From the human T2T-CHM13v2.0 reference genome, Homo sapiens, in NCBI RefSeq assembly GCF_009914755.1, contig NC_060927.1: a stretch of DNA of 64,000 bases, one strand, 5' to 3'. Each line of letters begins with the position of its first letter. Position 1 is the first letter of the stretch. Shown piece after piece: positions 1 through 13,469 of the stretch. A program made the translations under genes and the position numbers. The notes beneath the pieces are model-generated. The model was not told the DNA's origin and did no database searches. It saw nothing but the letters and a program-made list of their open reading frames with translations.

Positions 1-591
1 GACATTTCTTGTGTTTGATGTCCCTGACAGTTTTGAGGGGTGGTGGTCAGTTTATTGTAGGCTGCCCCTCTGTTAGAATGTGTCTGTATTTGTCATAATT
101 AGACTGGGGTTACAAGTTTTGGAGAGGAAGAACATAAAGGTAAGGAACAATTTTCATTACATATCAAGGTTAACTTTATCATAATGATTTATGACAGATG
201 ATGCTGGCCTTGATTACCTGGCTGAAATACTTTTTATCAGGGTTCTCCACTGTAAAATTACTCTTTTCTCCCACTCCATACTGACTCTTTGGAAATGGGT
301 GACTATGTGTAGTCCACATTTGATGAATAGAGTGTTGTGCTTCACCTTCTGCAGAATAATGAGACTATAGAATTCTTCTACCTGTGAAATGTGTCACTTC
401 TTCCTCATTTATTAATATTTAATAATTTACTTCTGTCAGTACTGACTCACATATAATTATTTTAGACTTTGGGTTGTAATTCTGTGCTACTTTGTTTATT
501 TTGCTGCTCAAATTGTTTTAGCTTTTGCCATTGGGAGACTTTTAAGTTGGATCTTGTGCCCTTTGTTATGCACTCATCAATGTATGGGGTG

Positions 592-635
<44 letters not shown>

Positions 636-2990
636 ACCTGTTAGCACTTTCTTATTTACTGGCATTAAAGATGTTCCAGGTTCATCTTGTATGTTTCATG
701 CCCTAGTCATAGAAGCAGTCATGTCTCCAAGGATAGGGTCTTGTTATTGAAGAATGACATCAGAAACCAATATCTGGGTACTAGGTGTGCTTGTTGCTGC
801 TGGAGTGTCATTTATTTAGGCGCTCTCAGATGACAGAGAAAAGAAGTATGTGTGTCTATACTAATTATTATGTACATATATCTATAAGTATTTCTACATA
901 CAGCTATTTGTATTATGTTAAATTAAACATATGATCTTGTTGTTGTCTCCGACTCTAATCCATTACCACATGGATCACTCTGCTCTCCTCCACTTACTGA
1001 TCAGTACCTTTCCACTCCACACAGTGCTGTCCCATTTTGCAATACCACCAGTAATAAATTAGAATTTTGATTTCTCTTAATCTACACCAGCATTTGATAT
1101 TGTGTGTGTTTTTGTTTTGTTTTGTTTTTTAGCCATTCTTACAGGTGTATAGTGGTATTTCCTTGTTGTTTTAATTGGTAATTCTCTAACGGCAAAGGAT
1201 GTGAACATCTTTTAATGTGATTATTTGCTATCTATTTATCTTCTTTAGTAAGACGTCTGCTTATATCTTTTCTACATTTTTAATTGGTATGTTTATTTTC
1301 TTATTGATGAGCTTTAAGAATTCTTTGCATATTTTGAACATAAGCCTTTTATCAGATATGCGTTTTGCCAATATTTTCTCCCAGTCTGTGACTTGTCTTT
1401 GCATTTCCTTAACAATGTCCTTAACAAAGCACAAGGTTTTTATTTTAATGATGTGCAGGTTATCAATTTTTTTTCCAATAAACGGTGTTTTTGGCATTAA
1501 ATACAAAAACTCATCACTATATCCAAGGTTACCTAGATATTCTCCTCTGTCATCTTCTAGAGCTATTATAGCTTTATGTTTTGCATTTTCATTGATGGTC
1601 CATTTTGCATTAATTTTTGTGAAAGATATGACTTCTGGGTCTATTCATTTTATAACATATGGACTTCCAATCGTTCCAGTATCTGTTAAAAAGACAAATT
1701 TTTCTCCACTGTATTGCGTTTGCTCCTTTGTCAAAGATATGCTGACTGTATTTGTATAGGTCTATTACCGGGATCTCTTTTGTTCCATTGCTCTGTCTAT
1801 TCTTTTGCCATTACCACATTGCCTCAATTACTGTAGCTTTACGGTAAATCCTGAAGTCAGGTAATGTCAGTACTCCAACTTTATTCTTCTTCTTCAGCAT
1901 TGTGTTGGCTATTTTGTTTTGTTTTGCTTTCCTTGTCTTTCCATACAAACTTAGAATCATTTTGTCTATATCCATGAAATAGCAATTGGGGTTTTGATTG
2001 GGATTGACTTAAATCTATTGATCAAGTTGGGAAGACTTGACACACTGACAGTGTTGAGTCTTTTCATCCATGAACACAGACTATTTCTCCGCTTATTTCG
2101 ATCTCTTTTAATTGATTTTATGAGATTGTATAGTTTTCTGCATGTAAATTCTGAAATACTATTTTATATAAACCCTAGAATTTCATGTTTTAGTGCTAAT
2201 ATAAATGGCATTGTATGTTAATTGTGGAATTCAAATTCCATTTGTTAACTACTGGTATAAACAAAAGTTAACTGACTTTGATATATTAACATTGTATCTT
2301 GTTGCCTTGCTATAAGCACTTATTAGTGCTGGAGTTATTTTTTGTTAATTCTTGGGGATTTTTCATTGCTGCCTGGGAACAAGTATTATTTCCTTCTTTT
2401 CAATCTATATACATTTTTTTTGCCTTTTCTTGTATTATTGCACCAGCTAGGATTTCCAATACAATGATGACAGTGAGTGATAAGAGTAAACATGCTTGCC
2501 TTTTTCCGCTATCCAAAATGAAAGCATCCAATTTCTCACCATTAAGTAGGATGCTAGTGCTACATTTTTTGGCAGACATTTTTATCAAGTTGGGGAGCTT
2601 CCTCTCCATTCCTAGTTCATTGAGAATTTTTATTTTGGATAGGTGTTGCATTTTTCCAAATGCTTTTTTTGGCACCAGTTGATATGATCATGTGATTTTT
2701 CTTCTATTCATTAGTGGATTTCATGAATTAATTTTCTAATATTGAACCATCAGTCCTGCATACCCAAGACAAGTCCTATTTTGTTGTGGTGCATAAGTCT
2801 TTTTAATTGTTGCTGGACACAATTTGCTAATATTTGTTGAGGATTTTTCCATTTGTATTAATGAAAGATACTGGTCTGCAGTTTTACTTTCTTGAAATGT
2901 CTTTATCTTATTTTGGCATTATGGTAATTTGGCCTCATAGAGTGAATTTAAAAATATTCTCTCTGCTTCCATTTTCTAGAAGAGATTATG
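1..2990 (-). mobile_element. Old L1 (L1M/L1MC-type), 3'UTR plus ORF2 remnant
   Basis: Minus-strand ORFs resemble L1 ORF2p. 2400-2675 (KKAFGKMQH...LNGEKLDAF...GKRQACLL) is the RT region and 1261-1506 (KIDNLHIIKIK...DWEKILA) is the C-terminal region. Many stops and frameshifts. 1-1000 resembles an L1MC-type 3'UTR. Confidence 0.85.
595..634. repeat. (TG)20 microsatellite
   Basis: Perfect 40-nt alternating TG run. Confidence 0.97.
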
Positions 2991-3030
2991 TACATAAAGA
3001 AGAAATGTATGTACATCAAGAAAAAATAGA

Positions 3031-3277
3031 GGCCAGGCGCAGTGGCTCATGCCTGTAATCCCAGGACTTTGGGAGGCTGAGGCGGGCAGATCGCCTGAGG
3101 TCAGGAGTTTGAGACTAGCCTGCCCAATATGGAGAAACCCCATCTCTACTAAAAATACAAAATCAGCTGGGTGTGGTGGTGCACACCTGTAATCCCAGCT
3201 ACTCAGGTGGCTGAAGCAGGAGAATCGCTTGAACCCGGGAGGCAGAAGTTGCTGTGAGCTGAGATTGTGCCATTGCA
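3031..3277 (+). mobile_element. AluS (Sp/Sq-like), 3'-truncated, no tail
   Basis: Starts GGCCAGGCGCAGTGGCTC, has the A-rich linker, and the right arm stops at GCCATTGCA. Confidence 0.93.
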
Positions 3278-3423
3278 GTTCCCAAAGGACAAAAACGAGC
3301 AGGAGAACCAGAGTTCTAGAAGTGAATTTGAAATGAGAGCTGAGGGCAGGCAAGGAAACAAGCAAGGAGATTAGGAAGAGTTACTTCCTTTGCTTAAAGC
3401 AAAACAAATACATACTTAGGTTT

Positions 3424-3902
3424 TTATATATACATAGGTGTATGTATATATAAAATGTCTTTATATATACATAGGTGTATATATAAAATGTCTTTATATA
3501 TATAGGTGTTGTATATATAAAATGTCTTTATATGTACATATATGTGTATATATACACATATATATTTGTATATGTGTATATATACATACATATTTATATA
3601 TACATATACGTATATGTACATATAAAATGTATATATACATATATGTACATATAAAATGTCTTTATATGTACATATATGTACATATAAAATGTCTTTATAT
3701 GTACATATATGTACATATAAAATGTCTTTATATGTACATATATGTACATATAAAATGTCTTTATATGTACATATATGTACATATAAAATGTCTTTATATG
3801 TACATATATGTACATATAAAATGTCTTTATATGTACATATATGTACATATAAATGTCTATGTGTATATAAAATATCTTTATATACACATATATGTATATA
3901 TA
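3424..3902. repeat. AT-rich minisatellite with 33-bp unit ATATGTACATATAAAATGTCTTTATATGTACAT
   Basis: Six perfect copies at 3641-3838 with degenerate flanks. Explains the 11-aa periodic ORFs in the track. Confidence 0.96.
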
Positions 3903-4039
3903 AAGTTTGAAAAAGTCAGATATACTCATTTAAGAAAATTCTGAAAATATAGGCAAGAAAAAAGGAGACAATAAAATCCTTTTTATACTTAATTTCTCCC
4001 CCAAAGGATAACTACTCTTATTTCAGTATACATATATCC

Positions 4040-4430
4040 TTCCTGTCTTTATTCTACTTTTAACATAATTAGTATAATACACTGCATATTTGTTTGTAAA
4101 TTTTTTTAATTCTTAAAAATATACCATGAACATATATGCAAGTCATTAAACAGTCCTCTGCACCCTCATTTGTAATGACAATGAGATATTTCAATATATA
4201 TTTATAGCCAATCTCCTATTGGTGGACATTTAGTTTCCATCAATTTTGTTTCCAATTTTTTGTAATCATGAATAATAATGTAATGAATATTCTTGTGGCT
4301 GTATTTTGCTTACGTTCATGTAAACTTCCTAAGTATATTTTTAGAAAATTAGGATTATTGGTAAATGGAACACTATGTAAAATACTACGATTTCTAAATA
4401 TCTTGCCAGTTTCTCAAGAAAGATTATAGA
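4040..4430 (-). mobile_element. Ancient L1 (L1ME-like) fragment
   Basis: Degenerate 'ccaatctcctattggtggacatttag...aatgaatattcttg' motif typical of antisense L1 3' ends. Confidence 0.55.
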
Positions 4431-5059
4431 GGGGCCACTGTCAAAGACCAGGGACCTGCCCTAAAAGTTGGCCTCTTTTAATCTTAAAGACACACTCCGA
4501 ATCTAATGTCAAACATTCCTTTCCATATAGTTTTTGAAAATTTTTTTTTCAAGGAGCATAGAGTGGATTGTTACAGTGCTGTTTCTAAAATTAAACTAAT
4601 TTAAAGGTTCTTAAAAATCATCCAAGAAGAATATATATATATGTATATGTATATTTCTGGAAGCAACTCATCATCCTTTCCATCCCAGTCTATCACCACC
4701 TCTCTCAGGAGACCCACAGTTCTTACTTTTAAGTAATTGGCAGTTTACAGTAGAGAAGGATTTCAAATCTAAGTTGGAACTGGGCTCAGGAAAAATAATA
4801 AGTTGTTTGTTTCCTATTTTCCAGCTGACCTTGGAGCCCATCTCTAAGCTTCTACTCAAATTTGGAGGCATCTCAATATGTTTTAAAAAGATAGTCTCCG
4901 TGATTTCACCTTTTGCCTCTTATACAAAAAAAAAAAAAAAGCATCTATTGACTGGTTGCAAGACACATTAGTTCCTTAGGTGAAGAATGTATTGCTAAGC
5001 ACATGTTATACACCCTAATAAGGTTTGCTCTCATTTTGTACCTGGTTAATTCATGCAGG

Positions 5060-5310
5060 GGGAGCAAAGCATGGTGATTTAGAGCTCCATGTCTGTGGAA
5101 AGACAGACTTTGGTTCAAATCCTTTTTTTTTTTTTTTTAATTTACTGTATGATGTTGGGCATATTACCCAAACTATCCTAATCCCAATTTGTTCATCTAC
5201 AAAATGTGAACAACTGTAATCGTATGTTTGATAGTGCTATAGCATGATTTAAAGAAAATACTTAGCATGGAGCTAACATATAATATGTGCTCAATTCATG
5301 TTAAATAATG
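5060..5310 (+). mobile_element. MIR
   Basis: 'agacagactttggttcaaatcc...ttgggcatattacc...ttcatctacaaaatg...gtgctcaat' core. Confidence 0.7.
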
Positions 5311-6006
5311 ATAAAATGATAAACTGTTAATATGCCATTTCAGTCTCTTTACTTCTTTATATGAAAATTTATGATTCCAAACTGAGACAAGATCAAACGG
5401 AATAAATTTGAGGTAACACAAGGCCCACCTACCTATACCAAATTATCATTTTCTCTCCTAAGAGCAGCAGAGGTATTTATCGAGGCTTAGTATTATTTAT
5501 TAATAAAAAATTATAGACAAGCTGTTAGTGAACTGCTAAGTGCAGTATCATATTCAGCTCTACCACATCTTGAAATAGTGGGCTTCAATTCATGTTTCAT
5601 GTGCAGATTAGTATTCATATTATTTACATTAAAAGGAGTAGAAATTGGTAGTAAAATTCTTAGAGAATCTTTGGACAATGGTCCTTTCATGTCTCTGTTC
5701 ATAATCTTGGTATTAAGGCAATTTACTAAGCCTTATTTATGCTTCAAACATTGTATTTTAGAATGTACTCTCATGGATATTTCCTCATTTGCTCTTCCTG
5801 TGTACTCATTCTTATTTCTAGTTAATGTAAAGAGAACACTGAGTCTCAGAGAGGTTAGGTAACTTGTATTCAGCTCTATAAAATTTGCCTGCGTCCTTTT
5901 TTTTCCCCCAACTGCAGGTGCCATTCTGTTACCACTGCTATTATAAACAAACCATTTGTGGCTTTTCAAAGATGTCCTCCCCAAGGGAAAGCTGATATAG
6001 GCATCA

Positions 6007-6365
6007 TCTTATTCCCATTGGGCTGCCATCACAAAATACTGTAGACTTGTAAACAACAGGAATTGGCTTGTGAACAACAGAAATTTGTTGTTCACAAGTT
6101 CTGGAGGCTGGGAAGTCCATGATCAAGGCAACAGCAGACTTAGTGTTTGGTGAGATGTCTGGTGAGGGCTGATCTCTGGTTCATCTAGCTGTGTCCTCGC
6201 ATGGTGGAAGAGAAAAACAAGCTCCCTCCGATCTATTTTATAAGAACACTAATCCCACTATGAAGGCTCTATCTTCATGTCATAGTCCCACCTCCTAATA
6301 CTATCACCTTAGGGGTTAGGTTTCCAACCTATAAATTTGGGGAGGACACAAACATTCATTTCCTA
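6007..6365 (-). mobile_element. MaLR solo LTR (MLT1A/MST-like)
   Basis: 'aacaacagaaattt...ttctggaggctgggaagtcc...atcaagg' through 'ttggggaggacacaaacattca'. Confidence 0.8.
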
Positions 6366-8509
6366 GTAGGGACTGACTGCAAGGACAGAATCATGACTCC
6401 ATTTACACCACTCAGAGTAAAATAAAAATGTTTTCTCTTTTTCCGTAACAGTGAGATTGCTTTTCTACAGAACTCATGAATTTATCCATATTGTATTGCC
6501 ATAGGACAATCTTACATTCCAAGCTCTTTGTATGAATATTTCAAATTGGGGAAATGAAAGCAGCTAGCTGAACAGTCTGAAAATGTAGCAAAGGCATTCT
6601 TTGCTGGTTTTGTTATTCTGCTTCACTCTCTTTGATTAAAACTGGCCCACTGACAGGATTTCCTGAAATGAGGTTCAAGTTAATAATCCCAAATACAAGC
6701 ATCTTAAGAAACTCATTCTCTGTACCAGTCTTTAGTTAAAAACTTAGTATGGCTTGGATTTAAGCTGTAGATAATGAGGTTTAAGAAATCCAGGGGAGAA
6801 ATACAAGCTTTCTCAAATAGCACTAGTAATAAAAATTCTATTTATGGGCTAAAGGTATAGAATTGAGGCACAGTGTGCTTCTACTAGTGTATGTAGAGCT
6901 TTAATTTAACTCGAAATCAGGATGAACTAGGTCAGATGGTTAAGAAGTGTATTCTCTGTCTTCAGATAAAATTAATAGGATGCTCCCTTTGTAAAAGCAT
7001 AAAGACATGACAGGATGAAGTAAAAGTCCATATTTATGGCAATGCGTATTCCAGAAGCACGAAACCACAGCAGAGGAAAAGAAAAAAGAAAAACTTTGCT
7101 TTTATCATCTAGTAGTATTTCACAATTGTGAAGAATCACATTTCAGGCAACCTTCATTTAGAAAATAGGAACAAAATAAGAAAAGGCTTTTGCAATGCTC
7201 CTTTTGAAATACAAGGTTCAAGAATCCCTCATCTATGGTCTGAGGAATCTTTGAATAAGAGAATTGCTTCATATTGGTTTTCTTTATTGAGATTTGCATC
7301 CAAGCTCAATTTTTGTAAAAAGAGAGAGGGGAGAAGTGTAAAATTGGAGTTTAAAGGGAAATGTTGCCAGAAACGACTGATATCTGTAGTTAAAATGATA
7401 ATGGCACCATTTGTTTTGACTCTGTAACATCAGTTTCAAGAGATTTAACGATAATCTCCATTCTGAAGACCCCTTCAAAGATCCACCTTCCTCCATGGTG
7501 TTCTTTATCTGATTAATATATTAACTTTTCATTTTAAAGAGATCATTTATCTTGAAGCAAAACGAACTCCTAGTAAATACTGCATTGCTAGTATCAACAT
7601 GGACAAACTACACAGAGTCTAAAAAGAATGCTGAAGCCACAGTAGGAGAAACAGTCTATTAGTGCTTTTAATTTAGTGGGTGGCAACTCAAAGGAATTAG
7701 AAGGTAGATCACAATAAATTAGCGTGCTCTGGAACTCTAAGTGGAGGAGAACTGGCAGGTAATAATTTAGTTGAAATTACCCATCTAAAGGTGAGTATCA
7801 TTCCAAAAAGTTAATTAGCATTGTTAGCAGCTGCAAGCTGGGTATTTAGCTCAGATGGCATATGGAAGCCATCTGTCACAATGCCTGGTACATAGTAAGC
7901 ACTCAGTTAATGATTATTAATATTATTTTAAAATATCTAATTTTCCTATACCATTTCCTTCAGTTTGGAGAGCACTGTCTGATTGCTTTCTTCCCTACTG
8001 AAATGGTACTAGATGATTAACCACGTTAAAGAAAAAGGTCCTCCACACCCACACATCCATGTCTCACCTGAAAGATTCCTGCCCTTGTCATGATGAAGTG
8101 AACATGACTACTATGATCAAGGTTGTATCTCCATAGCAGCTAGGACATTAAATGGTGAGATGCAGGAAATTTACACACACTCATGCTTGTGTAGCCGTTT
8201 CATTCATAGTGTGGAGATCTGATTTCAGTGTATAAATGATTCGTAAATCAGTTTGTATCAAATGCGTAGTCATATGGATCCCTTAACAGAGAGTAAAAGA
8301 CAAATACATGTGAATTAGGATTCCTGGTTTTGAAATGATAGTAATCACATTATAATAATCTTAAAATATTTTTATTAATTGAACACTCAAACATATTGTT
8401 TAATAGGTGCTAGGCAGTATGGTAAGCATGTGACATGAATTATCTTAATCCTCAAAATAAGCCTATGAATTGTGTACTATTACTAATTACCATGCTATAA
8501 ATGAGAGGC

Positions 8510-8928
8510 GTATTAATCTATTCTTGCACTGCTATAAAGAAATAACAGGGACTGGGCAATTTATAAAGAAAAGAGGTTTAATTGGCTCACAGTTCTGCAG
8601 GCTGTACAGGAAGCATAACAGCTTCTGCTTCTGGGGAGGCCTCAGGAAACTTACAATCATGGTAGAAAGTGAAGGGGAAGCAGGCATGTCCTACATGGCT
8701 GGAGCAGAAGGAAGAGAGAGAGAGGGAAGGTGCTACACACCTTTAAACAACCATATCTCACAATAACTCACTCACTATCATGAGAACAGCACCACGGAGA
8801 TAGTGCTAAACCATTAATGAATGATCCACCCCCATAATCCAGTCACCTCCCACCAGATCCCCACCTTCAATACTGGGGATTACATTTTTACATGAGATTT
8901 GGGCAGGGACACAGATCCAAACTATGTA
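8510..8928 (-). mobile_element. MSTA-like MaLR solo LTR
   Basis: 'tttataaagaaaagaggtttaattggctcacagttctgcaggctgtacaggaagcat...gggacacagatccaaac'. Confidence 0.88.
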
Positions 8929-10379
8929 AAGAAGATTCTTGCTTATAAATGTGCAACAAAATTTAGCTAAGGATGAGAGCCACATTTCTCTCTTTACTAC
9001 ATACATAGTATTATACTAGTAAACCTTATTGTAATTGTTATTATTATTATTAACACAGAATGGTATCTCTTGGAAAAATACGCTTACATTAAAACATTAA
9101 AGCTCGCTACTAAAATAATTTTGTTTTTCATTGATTCCAGTTTTTCCCACCCACTGTCCATTTAGGATGGCTTCAGAAAAGAGAAATGGTGTCAAATCTG
9201 AAGCAGTTTATTTAGTGTCTTCATAAAAAATTCTGGGATGAAGTGGGAATTGCTCATTAAAATGCATACATATTTTTAAATAACCTGTGTTTTGCATTTA
9301 TTCTTTCTGCCTCTGTACCTTACATTACCAATGATAAGCAAGAGGAACATGGCATTCAGATTTAGCAGTTATATAACTGAGCTGAAAAAAATCTCAACAT
9401 TTAATTAGGAACTGTGAAATTGTATAAACCTGCTTCACTTTTCTCCCATTAAAAACTTTGTTAACACAGACTATTGCCGCAAAATGCATTTGATTAGACT
9501 TTTCTTATTTAAAAGGTTTTTATCATTATTTTTTGATAATTTGTTGTTTTTTCTTGCTGTGAGGATTCTAAAATATCTAGAGCACACACTATAATAGCCA
9601 GGAGGAATCCACCATATCATGTAATTCAATCACACAGATAGAAACTAACCTAGCTAGCATTTGAACTGAGGCATTCAGAATCTATTTGTCAGGTCTGTTC
9701 TGGATGAATACAGCAGGAAAATGACTCAAAATGGGCTTAAGAAAAAAATAATATATTGGCTAACTGAAACGTTCAAAAAGGTTGATGCTTGTTTGTTTTT
9801 CGGGGGGTGGGCATCAAGCATGCCTTGAGTTAGGTGTGTGAACAATTCCAAGTTTCTTTCCTCTGTGTTAGTTTCGGATTTCAGAGATGCTTTCTCTATT
9901 TGGTGGAAAATTATTGACTAGAATCTTGGCGTTTATACCTCACTGTCTCAAAAAACCTCAGTGGAAAGAGATCTCCTCTTCAAGAGCCATTCTGCAAGCA
10001 GTCCTGGAACTGAATCTAATTGTCTCTGGTTGGTTTGTCTTCATCCCCGTGTTTGTCTAGTCAAGGTGGCTATGCCCTACAAGCCTCTTATGGCAAGACC
10101 TGAATTATGTGCTCTCACCTAATGCCAGAGGTGTGGTCAGCCCAACTGAAATGAGATGGGGAGGATTGGGCTTTGTAAGGAAAATAAAAATGCAGGTTAA
10201 AAAAAAAAAAAAAAGCAAACACATGTCCTCTGCAGATTTAGAATCCAGGACATTAATTCTTGTAACCATCTTCAAAATGGAACAATATAACTTTTAAAGC
10301 CCAGTACTGTACCCTGAATCTTATAACCTTCTCCTTAATTGAATGTTTTATCAGACTTACAACTCCAAACACAATTGAG

Positions 10380-10458
10380 AAAGAAGAAAAAAAGGAAAGA
10401 AAGAGAGAAGGAAAGAAAGAAAGAAAGAAGAGAGAGAAAGAAAGAAAAAGAAAGAAAA
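10380..10458. repeat. GA-rich (GAAA)n low-complexity tract
   Basis: Purine-only run visible in the sequence. Confidence 0.9.
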
Positions 10459-10799
10459 TTCTAGAGGAGTTTCTTTCTTAGTGAGATTTTCTTGTCTCTT
10501 TTAAGTCTCATGTCTCTTGCGTTTCTTGCCTTTTGCTATCATTCTGGTGTGATTGTAGCTCTGCAGAGCAATAAGTTCTCAACATATGTTCACAATTCAT
10601 GGTTTTTCACAATGGTTCTACTACTAATTTTTTTTTTTGTCTTATATGCCATTCATGTTCAATTCTCTAGACTTCCATTTGGATGTGTGTCTAAAGCCTA
10701 TATAAAAATACTATAATAAGAAATACTTAAGGTTTCCTACAGTTGGTATTTTAACTAAAGTAGCACATGATTAGAGCCCGCTGGGAATTCTAATTAATT

Positions 10800-11270
10800 G
10801 AATTTTTAAGAGGCAGAACCTGAAAGTATAATTTTTTGCAAGTGATTTATTAGATGAGTTTTTAGAAAGAACCCAAAGGAAAAGAGGGAAGTGGGGCAGG
10901 GAAGAGATAGTAGCCAAGCTCGGTATACTGTCAAGCAAAGTTCCACAGAAGGTAAATTTGATTCAATCCTATAGCTCTGGAGAGAATACAGGTCATACCT
11001 AGAGTTGTCTCACAACTAGGAGCACGGGAGCTGGAGAAGTTATACCCTAGAAGCCAGTCATTTATTGGTTAATGGCTGCTCCTGGGGGTATGTAAATTCC
11101 TAGGTACTTTCAGTTCTCTCTTTGTGAAGATAAATTAGCTATAACAGCTTGAGGACAGTGTCCAAAAAGAGATAACATGTACTGGCTCTTAAGGGTACAA
11201 AGTACATAGGAATCTGGGGCGGAAGAGGGATTAGAAGGGACGTGAGTCCAGCACTGACATTTTCTGCTAC
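10800..11270 (-). mobile_element. Old ERVL-type LTR (LTR16/LTR33-like)
   Basis: 'gcagaacctga...tgcaagtgatttatt' end motif. Subfamily uncertain. Confidence 0.45.
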
Positions 11271-11484
11271 ATTACTCGTCTAAGAAAGGTGTATCTAAAT
11301 AGGAGACTCCATTTCTTGTATCAAAGGGAAAAAATGCTTGTCCAGTAAGACTTTAATGTTGTCACTGAGTTATTTTTCTTTGGACAAGGTGGAATTCTCT
11401 TTACACCCACACAATTGGGCCACTTAAAATGGAGATCCACTTTTGTAAAGTAACAAATACCTAGGCTTCAAGGGAATGATCTAA

Positions 11485-11563
11485 TTAGGTTTGTGCAAAA
11501 GTAATCCTACTTTTGCCATGACTTTTAATGGCAAAAGCCGCGATTACTTTTGCACCAACCTAA
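11485..11563. mobile_element. MADE1 (Hsmar1-derived MITE), full length
   Basis: TTAGGTTTGTGCAAAAGTAAT...ATTACTTTTGCACCAACCTAA terminal inverted repeats, 79 bp. Confidence 0.92.
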
Positions 11564-12143
11564 CACAACAGCTGTGAAGTCAGTATTCCTTTGAATTATA
11601 CTCATAGCTTCTACTTCAAGAAAACCTGAAAATGAATCCCAGCTCCGCCTCTTTAGCTTTAGAAAAGTAAGTGAAATTATATGTACGTATTGTACAGATA
11701 CATAGTACTTGGTACTCTGTATTGTACAGGTACTGTGAGTCTGCATAATATATGCATATAAGGTAGCTATTTGTTGTAATATTATTACAATTATCATAAT
11801 TGTCAAAATGTTCAGTTACTTAGGTATTTAGTTATGTTAAAAAATGACTTCTGTCTTCACAATCAATATAAATAACTAAGAGCAGAGGGAAAAATACACA
11901 ATTTTTACTTATATTTTGTCTGAATGTTTTAGATTAAAAGCCTTTTCAATTGGATACTTTGCATGTATTTGTTATAAATCTCAGAGATTTGCTGTCATAA
12001 AAAGATAAAGGATCATGAATTCAGACAAATATTAGAGCTCTATTTTTCCTTTGTAAAACAATTTTCTCAGAAAATTTTTATTACACTGGTAATGCATGCT
12101 CATTGCAGGAAAATAATGAAAACCAGAAATAAACAGAGAGCAG

Positions 12144-12192
12144 AAAATAAAATAAAATAAAATAAAATAAAATAAAATAAAATAAAATAAAA
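12144..12192. repeat. (AAAAT)n pentanucleotide repeat
   Basis: About 9-10 perfect units. Confidence 0.95.
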
Positions 12193-13469
12193 GACATTTA
12201 TATCACAACTACCCATAGATAAAAACTTCACATGCAATACATACAACATATGCATTTTTAATTGAATAATACCTCATATCCTATAAAATTCACTAGACAT
12301 TGTGAATATCTATGTGAATAAAGTTCCTTCTAGAATTTCGTTCTTATTGGTTAGTATGCCATAAAATGAATGAAAAAGAACATCAGTTATCTGAGGTTAA
12401 TTGTTGCCATGAATATACCAATTTACTGAAATGTCAACTTAAATTTGTGGCAAGTGGCAAGGCTTTTTAAAAGGACAAAAACTTAGTATATGATAATAAT
12501 TATTTTTTACTTAAGGCAATTCAAAATTCAAGTTTTCACTGTAATTGTATGTTAATTCTGAGAATAATTGAATCAAACATTGATTTAGGGCACATTTTCT
12601 GACAAATATGTTTGAGTGCATATGATTTTTATCCTTGTGCTTTATCCTTGATGTACATAGGAGGATAATAATTTTTTCCAATAAAAATGTCTAAGGCTTC
12701 ATGAGTGTTCTTGCTTGAAGCTTCTACTGAGACATCCCAACTTTCTGCAGTTGTTTACTGCTCAAACTCTCCAAATCTTTATTTGCCAAGCACTTTGCAT
12801 GTAGTTGGATGAGCCTCCCACATTCCTTCTGCTGACTTGAAGAAATTCTGCCTCTTCTTCAAGGTTTACCAATTGACTTTGCAAAATGACTTACTACCAT
12901 TATTATTAATTTGAAATATAATTAGAATAGAATTATTCAAATCATCTAAAAATCTATAAGGGAATGAAGAATGACTTGACAAGAGGAAAGGAGAGATATT
13001 AATGTGAACAGACTGGGGATTCATTTTACAATTCATTAGTTTAGTAGTGAATATTTTCCTTCTGGAACTTTGCTTGCAGCCTGCCCGTTCTTATTTTATG
13101 CCTTCTAAACCATTAATTTCTAAATTCATCCCTTATTGTTAAACACTTAGTTTCATTTATTATAACATGTATTTTTGCTCCTTTGAAAGATACCCATATT
13201 AGACTAAAAATAATAGATATGAGAAAGTAGACGAAATTAATATTAATAAAGTAACTTTATTTACAAGTTCTTTATAACAGGGGACAGGCTGCGGTGTAAA
13301 TCCATCTTTGTTTTACTTTTTTTTAAATCGTATATAAATGAGTACTTTTTTTGAGGATCATAGAGCCTATTTACCAGTTCATATGGGTCTGTTTTATAGT
13401 GCTGTTTTCCCTGGATAATTTACCTCACCCATCCCATGTCTTCAGTTACCTATTAGTACCAGTTTAGAT

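Noticed and set aside
1217-3058. Hydrophobic, membrane-like + strand ORFs
   Set aside because: They are the T-rich antisense of L1 ORF2.
3424-3944. Repeat-protein ORFs and a CRISPR-like palindrome-plus-spacer periodicity
   Set aside because: The 5-bp spacers are identical, the DNA is eukaryotic and there are no cas genes. The ORFs are by-products of a 33-bp unit.
8785-8805. REST/RE1-like AACAGCACCACGGAGATAGTG
   Set aside because: The left half matches but the right half (GGACAGCGCC) is poor, and it lies in LTR-derived sequence.
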